A DNA stretch of 20,000 nucleotides from an uncultured virus (IMG/VR IMGVR_UViG_3300035520_000941) (taxonomy: Duplodnaviria > Heunggongvirae > Uroviricota > Caudoviricetes): IMG/VR virus record IMGVR_UViG_3300035520_000941. One strand, written 5' to 3'. Made by a program: the position numbers and the translations under genes. A model generated the notes under the pieces. It saw only the letters and a program-made list of their open reading frames with translations, ran no database searches and was not told the origin of the DNA. Below, one piece after another: positions 8,334 to 14,836 of this stretch; positions within the stretch are counted from its first letter, which is position 1, and each line of letters opens with the position of its first letter.

Positions 8334-8642
8334 ATGGAAACAGAAAAAACAAAGATTATAGAAATAATAAAAGACAAATACAGATGTCAATATTATTATT
8401 TAGCAACAACTAAAGACTTCAAATTAGAAGAATTTAAGTTGATTAAAAATGCAAAAACGAAAGAAGAAAGATATGGTTGGGTATTTATTGGTTGGTTTTA
8501 TGGCATTGAAAATGTATTGAAATGGATTATTAAAAATGGGTGCTTAGAAAACGAAGATATAAGCACATTAGAGAAATATGTTGAAATGCAACAAAAAATG
8601 TTGAACGAATGTTTAAAGTCAAAGAATAATGAGGGCATTTAA
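8334..8642 (+). CDS. Hypothetical phage protein (102 aa)
   Basis: RBS AGGGAG; ORF track. Confidence 0.8.
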   Translation: METEKTKIIEIIKDKYRCQYYYLATTKDFKLEEFKLIKNAKTKEERYGWVFIGWFYGIENVLKWIIKNGCLENEDISTLEKYVEMQQKMLNECLKSKNNEGI

Positions 8643-8645
8643 AAA

Positions 8646-9011
8646 ATGGATGAAACATATAAAAAAATTTATTCATTTGATTTTGACGGAACAATTGTAG
8701 AAAATAAATATCCACAAATTGGCAAACCAATTAAAGAAGTAGTCGATTTAATAAAATGCGTTAAAAGAAATGGTGATTATATAATTTTGAATACAATGCG
8801 TGAAGATGAAAAATTAACAGAGGCTGTTGAATTTTGTAAAACATTAGGGATTGAATTTGATGCAATTAATGATAATCTTGAACATATGAAAAAATTTTAT
8901 AGGAATAACCCTAGAAAGATTTTTGCAAATTATTATATAGACGACCATAACGCATTTTTACCAAGCATAAATAATTATTTTGATTTATTTGGTGATGATG
9001 TATCATTATAA
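8646..9011 (+). CDS. HAD-superfamily phosphatase-like protein (cap-less phage type)
   Basis: Motif I DFDGTI, motif II LNTMR, K and YYIDD motif IV. Confidence 0.85.
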   Translation: MDETYKKIYSFDFDGTIVENKYPQIGKPIKEVVDLIKCVKRNGDYIILNTMREDEKLTEAVEFCKTLGIEFDAINDNLEHMKKFYRNNPRKIFANYYIDDHNAFLPSINNYFDLFGDDVSL

Positions 9012-9063
9012 TGGTAAATTAAAAGTAAACAATGTAATTAAAAATAACTATAGGAGTGTAAAC

Positions 9064-10008
9064 ATGGAAGAAAATATTAAGGTATTAGATAGTAAAATAA
9101 CAGACAAATATGCAATTTATAATGGTGATAGTTGCGAAATACTAAAAGCGTTTGAAAATAATTCAATTGATTATGCAATATTTAGTCCACCATTTGCAAG
9201 TTTATATACATATAGCGATAGTGCAAGAGATTTAGGAAATTGTAAAAATGATGAAGAATTTTATAAACAATTTGAATATATCGTTGAACAATTATACAGA
9301 GTTATTAAAGATGGCAGATTAATAAGTTTTCATTGTATGGATTTACCAACAGTAAAATCAAGAGATGGATTTATTGGTATAAAAGATTTTAGTGGTAAAT
9401 TGATTGAATTGTTTGAAAAAAAAGGATTTATTTATCATTCAAGAGTTACAATTTGGAAAGACCCAGTTGTGGCAATGCAAAGAACAAAAGCATTAGGATT
9501 GTTACACAAACAAATCAAAAAAGATAGTTCTATGTGCAGACAAGGGATAGCAGATTATGTAATCACAATGAGAAAACGAGGCGAAAACAAAGAAAGAATA
9601 ACTCATACTAATGAAACATTCCCAGTTGATTTATGGCAACAATATGCTAGTCCCGTTTGGATGGATATAAAACAATCAAACACTTTACAATCAAAAAGTG
9701 CTAGAGATGAAAAAGACGAAAAACATATCTGCCCTTTGCAATTAGATGTAATTGAAAGATGTGTGAAATTATGGAGTAATGAGGGTGATGTTGTTTTGAC
9801 ACCTTTTATGGGTATTGGTAGTGAAGTTTATCAATCAATTTTAATGAATAGATATGGTGTAGGAATTGAATTAAAAAGAAGTTATTATAATCAAGCAGTC
9901 AAAAATTGTGAAAATGCCGTTAATAAACCTAAACAAATATCATTATTTGATGAATTAAATGAAGAAGAAAAAGATGAGGTAATAGCATGGAATATAGCAA
10001 GTTTATAG
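9064..10008 (+). CDS. DNA N4-cytosine/N6-adenine methyltransferase, beta class (orphan)
   Basis: Catalytic FSPPF near the N-terminus; HICP and SAM-binding VLTPFMGIGS...GIEL near the C-terminus. Start placed at ATG 9064 after AGGAG (ORF track gives 8980). Confidence 0.92.
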   Translation: MEENIKVLDSKITDKYAIYNGDSCEILKAFENNSIDYAIFSPPFASLYTYSDSARDLGNCKNDEEFYKQFEYIVEQLYRVIKDGRLISFHCMDLPTVKSRDGFIGIKDFSGKLIELFEKKGFIYHSRVTIWKDPVVAMQRTKALGLLHKQIKKDSSMCRQGIADYVITMRKRGENKERITHTNETFPVDLWQQYASPVWMDIKQSNTLQSKSARDEKDEKHICPLQLDVIERCVKLWSNEGDVVLTPFMGIGSEVYQSILMNRYGVGIELKRSYYNQAVKNCENAVNKPKQISLFDELNEEEKDEVIAWNIASL

Positions 10009-11394
10009 AAAATAAAACAAAATATACAATCAATACTGGATTTGATGTGAAAGATGAAGAATTAAATGAAAATTTATTTGACTTTCAAAGAGCGATTGTA
10101 AAATGGGGATTAAAAAAAGGTAAATGTGCATTTTTTGAGGATACTGGATTAGGTAAAACAATTCAATTATTATCTTTTTCACAAGCCGTATATGAACATG
10201 AGAAAAAAATGACGGGGGGGCAAGATAATTATATTATCACCCCTTGCTGTTGCTGAACAAACAAAAAATGAGGGTTTAAAATTTGGAATTGATGTTAATA
10301 TTTGTGAAAACAAAGATGATGTTAAAGAGGGCATAAACATAACTAATTATGAAAAAATACATAAGTTTGATATGAGCGTTTTTGATGGTGTTGTATTAGA
10401 CGAAAGTTCAATCATTAAAAATCAATATGGAAAAATTAAAAATCAAATTATAGAAGAATTTAAGGATACAAAATATAAGTTATGTTGCACTGCAACACCT
10501 AGCCCAAATGATTTTACAGAAATAAGCACTCATGCTGAATTTTTAGATATCATGTCAACCAATGAAATGTTAGCAATGTTTTTTATTAACGATTGTATGG
10601 GAAAAAAAGGTTCTGGTGCTAATGGTTGGAGATTAAAAAAACACGCTGAAAAGGAATTTTATAAATGGCTTGCCAGTTGGTGCGTTATGATAAAAAATCC
10701 TAGTGATATAGGCTTTAATGGTGATAAATATATTTTACCAAAATTAAATATTATTGAGCATATCATTGAAAGTAAAGCAGATGAGGGAAGTTTATTTGTT
10801 GATTATGCCGAAACTTTAACAGAGAGAAGATTAGCCAGAAAAGATAGTCTTGAAGATAGAGTTGAATTAACTAATAAAATTGTATCAAAAACTGATAATT
10901 GTTTAATATGGTGTAATTATAATGATGAAAGTAACTTGTTAAAGAAAACTATAAAAGATAGTGTTGAAGTAAAAGGTAGTGATGACTCTGAACATAAGAA
11001 AAATAGCATGATTGGTTTTTCTAATAATGAAGTAAAATATCTTGTTAGCAAGCCGTCAATTTGTGGTTTTGGTATGAATTGGCAGAATTGCCATGATATG
11101 GTTTTTTGTGGATTAAGTGACTCTTACGAACAATTTTATCAAGCAATAAGACGTTGCTATAGATTTGGACAATCAAATGAAGTTAATGTTCATATTGTGA
11201 TAAGCGAAAAAGAAACGAACACTTTATTAAATATTCAAAAGAAAAAGAAAAATCACGATAGAATGATGAATGAAATGATTAAAATTATAGGTGATTTATC
11301 TAAACAAGAAATATTTAAACTTGAATATAGACACACTGATTATAATCCCAAAAAAGAAATTGAACTACCTAAGTTTATGAAAAAGAATAAGTAA
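9987..11394 (+). CDS. SNF2/SF2-like helicase split by a +1 frameshift at a G7 tract (468 aa if one base is removed)
   Basis: Frame 1 holds the Q-motif LFDFQ and Walker A DTGLGKT. Immediately after G7 the +1 frame reads GKIIILSPLAVAEQ (motif Ia), ITNYEK, DESS, TATP, GFGMNWQ and QAIRRCYRFGQ, continuous with ORF 10372-11394. Confidence 0.88.
10214..10220 (+). repeat. G7 homopolymer at the helicase frameshift (preceded by A7 at 10203-10209)
   Basis: ...AAAAAAATGACGGGGGGGCAAG...; the longest G run noticed in the window. Confidence 0.95.
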
Positions 11395-11404
11395 GGAGAA
11401 AAAA

Positions 11405-11461
11405 ATGAAACAATATTGTAGATATTGCATTTATATCTGTTATAGCAATATTTTATATTGA
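11405..11461 (+). pseudogene. 18-codon stub MKQYCRYCIYICYSNILY*
   Basis: Strong RBS TAAGGAG; CxxC start resembling small phage Zn-binding proteins, then a premature stop. Confidence 0.4.
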
Positions 11462-11477
11462 AAGTGAGGTTGAAAAA

Positions 11478-11927
11478 ATGAAAAATTTAGAAAAATATGA
11501 AAGTGCAGTAAAAGATTATGGAATTTATTTTGGTTTAGACAAAAACACAAGAGAATTATTTGAATGTTGCACAAAAGATGATTGCGAAAAATGTTCATTC
11601 ATGAACCATAATTGCCATAATAAAAAAATGGAATGGCTTTATCAAGAATATAGAGAGCCTATCAAATTAAAAAAAGTTGAATTTGAGTTTTTAAAATATA
11701 TTTATAAACTTGGATTTTTATACATTTCAAAAGATAGTTACGGTGCTTTAGAAATTCATATTGATAAGCCAATAGAAACAGAAAAAGGATATTTTGTGAG
11801 TGATGATTGTTGCGATTTTAACCAGTTTACATATTTTGGATTGTTTGAATTTGTAAAGTCAAAAAACCTAATAAGCATTGAAAATTTATTAAGTTTTGGA
11901 ATTGTGGAGGAAGTAGAAGATGACTAA
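11478..11927 (+). CDS. Hypothetical Cys-rich phage protein, paralogue family B
   Basis: C-x4-CxxC-x5-C cluster followed by WLYQEYREPIKL..VEFEFLKY; similar to 11920-12375. Confidence 0.85.
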   Translation: MKNLEKYESAVKDYGIYFGLDKNTRELFECCTKDDCEKCSFMNHNCHNKKMEWLYQEYREPIKLKKVEFEFLKYIYKLGFLYISKDSYGALEIHIDKPIETEKGYFVSDDCCDFNQFTYFGLFEFVKSKNLISIENLLSFGIVEEVEDD

Positions 11928-12375
11928 TTTTGAAAAGTTTAAAAATGAAGTAAAGGGATGTAATTATAATTTTAGTATTACTAAAGACAACAAAATAATA
12001 CCTTGTGAAATAGCAAAATGTAGAGATTGTATTTTTATGGAAATACCTAAATCTTGTTCTCATCAAAGAATTATGTGGCTTTATGAAGAATATAAAGAAC
12101 CACCTATTTACCTAAGTAAAGTGGAATACGAATTATTGAATTATATTCTTAATAATAAAAAATGCGAATGGATTATAAAAGGAACAAGCAATAAAACTTT
12201 ATATGTATGCAAAGATAAGCCAATTAAAGAAGAAACAAATTGGATAATTGGAAGTGTTGAGTGTCAAGTTATTGATGGTATATTTTGTGATTTATTTCAT
12301 TTTATAAAAGCAGAAGATGGAGAACCTTACTACTCAATAAAAGAAATTTTAGATAATTGCATAATTGTGAATTAA
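11920..12375 (+). CDS. Hypothetical Cys-rich phage protein, paralogue family B
   Basis: CEIAKCRDCIF...C...WLYEEYKEP...VEYELLNY; tandem paralogue of 11478; RBS GGAGG. Confidence 0.85.
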   Translation: MTNFEKFKNEVKGCNYNFSITKDNKIIPCEIAKCRDCIFMEIPKSCSHQRIMWLYEEYKEPPIYLSKVEYELLNYILNNKKCEWIIKGTSNKTLYVCKDKPIKEETNWIIGSVECQVIDGIFCDLFHFIKAEDGEPYYSIKEILDNCIIVN

Positions 12376-12394
12376 TAAAAAGGAGAATAATAAC

Positions 12395-12589
12395 ATGAAT
12401 AAATATGAAAAGGCTTTATATGGTGCGATTGAAAGAAGTTCAATAATGAATAATTGTTGTGCCTTTGTAAAAGAATGTATTAAAAACAATAAATGTCATT
12501 ATGCTAATTTTGATAAAAATGAATGCGAAGATTATGAAGTGTTTCATAATTTGAAAGAATTGGTTGATATGGAGATTAAACAAAAATGA
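12395..12589 (+). CDS. Hypothetical Cys-rich protein (64 aa)
   Basis: RBS AAGGAG; MNKYEKA...Cys cluster...LKELVD resembles the N-terminal half of 1400-1777. Confidence 0.72.
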   Translation: MNKYEKALYGAIERSSIMNNCCAFVKECIKNNKCHYANFDKNECEDYEVFHNLKELVDMEIKQK

Positions 12590-12744
12590 TTTTAAGTAAA
12601 AAAACAATTAAAGCAATGTATGAAATAAATTGGGGGATACATCATTTGTTTGGCAATTTCTATTTGGTTAAAATGTATTCACCAAGAACAAAAGGCTTAA
12701 GAAGATTAATATGGGTTATTGATTATGCAAAGGAAAGGAAATAA
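12586..12744 (+). CDS. Small hypothetical protein (52 aa), below the ORF-track cutoff
   Basis: Manual translation MILSKKTIKAMYEINWGIHHLFGNFYLVKMYSPRTKGLRRLIWVIDYAKERK*; ATGA overlap, RBS GGAG; fills the gap between neighbours. Confidence 0.65.
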   Translation: MILSKKTIKAMYEINWGIHHLFGNFYLVKMYSPRTKGLRRLIWVIDYAKERK

Positions 12745-12748
12745 AACA

Positions 12749-12936
12749 ATGAGTTATTTTAAACATCAAAAATTAATCAGATTAAAATTAACGAACAGAA
12801 TGTTCAAAAAATACCATATAGATGAAATATGCCCCGATAATTTTCTTTTTGATAAGGAGATTGAATATGAGGGAACAGATAAAGAAAGATATTTCAATGA
12901 AAATCCTAGCAAGACTAGAACTAGAAAGAACTTCTT
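12749..12936 (+). repeat. Direct repeat copy 2 (copy 1 at 2707-2894)
   Basis: 186/188 identical to copy 1 by direct comparison; offset 10042 bp. Confidence 0.95.
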
Positions 12937-13192
12937 TGCAATGACGTCCACTGGCAAAAATCAATACATCGACTTTGTATTAGAGGAAGATGAGAACTTT
13001 CAAGGTCAATTTGGCTATGTTCAAAAGTTAAGTAATGATGACTTCAATAAATATCGAGAATTGTTCGTAGACCTACTTGGTTTCAATTACTGTGATATCA
13101 AATCGTTATGCTTTGTCGAACATTGTTGGTATGACGGAGCGGACGAACCTGATTACTATGTAGAAGAATTGGGGTGGCTAGATGAACGCTAA
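12749..13192 (+). CDS. Hypothetical phage protein (147 aa), full-length version of the duplicated gene
   Basis: Start MSYFKHQK after AAAGGA (ORF track gives 12719); C-terminal WYDGADEPDYY. Confidence 0.85.
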   Translation: MSYFKHQKLIRLKLTNRMFKKYHIDEICPDNFLFDKEIEYEGTDKERYFNENPSKTRTRKNFFAMTSTGKNQYIDFVLEEDENFQGQFGYVQKLSNDDFNKYRELFVDLLGFNYCDIKSLCFVEHCWYDGADEPDYYVEELGWLDER

Positions 13193-13424
13193 TGAAATGT
13201 TTAAAAAATTGGGTTATACCTATAGGGAAATGGGCAAAAATAAAAATCTTACTATTGTATATAAAGATGAAAAAAATAAAAAATATATGATTTTTCAAGG
13301 AAAATATAAAACAGTAACAAGTGCATATTTAGATGATAATCACGAAGTATATCGTGCAGAATTAAATTTTAAAGAATTACAAGCAATCTTAGAAAAAATG
13401 AAAGAGTTGGGGTGGGAACATTGA
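13182..13424 (+). CDS. Hypothetical phage protein (80 aa)
   Basis: MNANEMFKKLGY...ELQAILEKMKELGW pattern; RBS GGGGTGG. Confidence 0.8.
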   Translation: MNANEMFKKLGYTYREMGKNKNLTIVYKDEKNKKYMIFQGKYKTVTSAYLDDNHEVYRAELNFKELQAILEKMKELGWEH

Positions 13425-13735
13425 CATATGAAGATTATCAAAAAAGTGTTAATCAAATTTGCTTAATATTTAATAAATATTACGAATTTTATAAAAACAC
13501 AACGCATTCAGAAGAACAAGATTATATGATTTTTAACTATAATATAGATAAAATTATGAAGTTTCAATTTGAAAGCGAAGTAGAAAAACAATCAAAATTA
13601 AATAAAGAAGAATGGCATTTTATTAAAACAACAATAGAATGCAATAAAAGTATATTAGATTTTGATAGTGATGATATGATTAAGTTACTGAATAAAATTA
13701 AAAAACAAGAAAGGCTATTAGAAAAAAATAAATGA
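13421..13735 (+). CDS. Hypothetical protein (~104 aa)
   Basis: ORF track 13412-13735; TTG at 13421 overlaps the upstream stop (TTGA) and follows GGGGTGG. Confidence 0.7.
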   Translation: MTYEDYQKSVNQICLIFNKYYEFYKNTTHSEEQDYMIFNYNIDKIMKFQFESEVEKQSKLNKEEWHFIKTTIECNKSILDFDSDDMIKLLNKIKKQERLLEKNK

Positions 13736-13760
13736 TTTGAATTTATGAAAGGACAAAAAA

Positions 13761-14775
13761 ATGAATAACATAAATATTTTTGATATACTATATGATAATT
13801 TCAAAATAACAAAACCAATTAGATTAATAGAATTATTTGCGGGCATAGGCTCACAAGCAAAAGCATTAGAAAGATTAAATGTTGATTTTGAGCATTATAA
13901 AGTTTGCGAATATGATAAATACGCTATACAAAGTTATAACGCTATTCATGGTACTAATTTTAAAACTAGCGATATAACAAAAATACACGCTAAAGATTTA
14001 AATATTATTCAAACATATATATATATATATATTGACATACTCTTTTCCTTGTCAAGACTTGTCAAATGCAGGGAATAAAAAAGGAATGTCAAAGGGCAAA
14101 AATACACGTAGTGGATTATTATGGGAAGTCGAAAGAATATTAGATGAGTGTGAAGAATTGCCACAAATACTTTTAATGGAAAATGTACCAGAAATAATTG
14201 GAAATAAGAATATAAATGATTTTAAATTATGGATAAAAAAATTAGAAAGTTTAGGGTATTCAAATTACATAAATATTTTAAATGCTAAAGATTATGGAAT
14301 ACCTCAAAATAGAAAAAGGTGCTTTATGGTAAGCGTTTTAGGTGAATATAATTATACATTCCCAAAAGGATTTGACTTAGATAAAAATTTATATGATTTA
14401 TTAGATGAAAAAGTAGATGATAAATACTTTTTATCAGAAAAAATGGTTGACACATTCACTAAATATAAAAGTAAAACATATAATCGAAAATACAAATTTA
14501 ATAGGAATTTTATTCACACAAAAAAATTGGCATTTACATTGAATACATGTTGCAATGGTAGAGATACCGATAATTATTTGTATGATAAAATGAAAAATGG
14601 TGAAATAAATATTAGATGTCTGACACCTTTAGAGTGTTTTAGATTAATGGGTTTTGAAGATGAAGATTATCAAAAATGCAAAAATATTGGTATGAGTGAT
14701 AGACAATTATATAAGCAAGCAGGCAATAGCATTGTTATTAATGTATTATATTATCTTTTTAAACAATTTTTTTAA
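13761..14775 (+). CDS. DNA (cytosine-5) methyltransferase split by a frameshift at an (AT)9 microsatellite (338 aa with (AT)10)
   Basis: Frame 1 holds motif I ELFAGIG, motif II CEYD and motif III SDITKI. After the repeat the +1 frame reads LTYSFPCQDLS (motif IV), LLMENV (VI), PQNRKR (VIII), LTPLECFRLMGF (IX) and YKQAGNSI (X). Confidence 0.92.
14015..14032 (+). repeat. (AT)9 dinucleotide microsatellite inside the C5 methyltransferase gene
   Basis: CAAAC-ATATATATATATATATAT-TGACATAC; the longest dinucleotide run noticed in the window. Confidence 0.96.
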
Positions 14776-14776
14776 G

Positions 14777-14805
14777 TTTACAATTTAACAATAAAATGTT
14801 AAAAT
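14777..14805 (+). promoter_or_regulatory. Sigma-A promoter with extended -10 and overlapping inverted repeat, driving the recombination block
   Basis: TTTACA (14777-14782), 17 bp, TG-n-TAAAAT (14797-14805); inverted repeat TTTAACA-N6-TGTTAAA (14784-14803). Confidence 0.75.
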
Positions 14806-14836
14806 AGAGTATATGAAAGGAAGGAATTAAACGAAA

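Noticed and set aside
10372..11394. Treating the helicase halves (and likewise 13761-14078 and 14032-14775) as independent genes
   Set aside because: Conserved motifs run continuously across the repeat tracts in the shifted frame, and the downstream starts lack an RBS.
2707..12936. Duplication as a diversity-generating retroelement TR/VR pair
   Set aside because: Only two synonymous differences, located at a gene 5' end rather than a C-terminal variable region, and no reverse transcriptase in the window.
9064..14775. Classical restriction-modification or DISARM/BREX defence island
   Set aside because: No restriction endonuclease or other core defence gene is recognisable; the context is a phage early operon with orphan methyltransferases.
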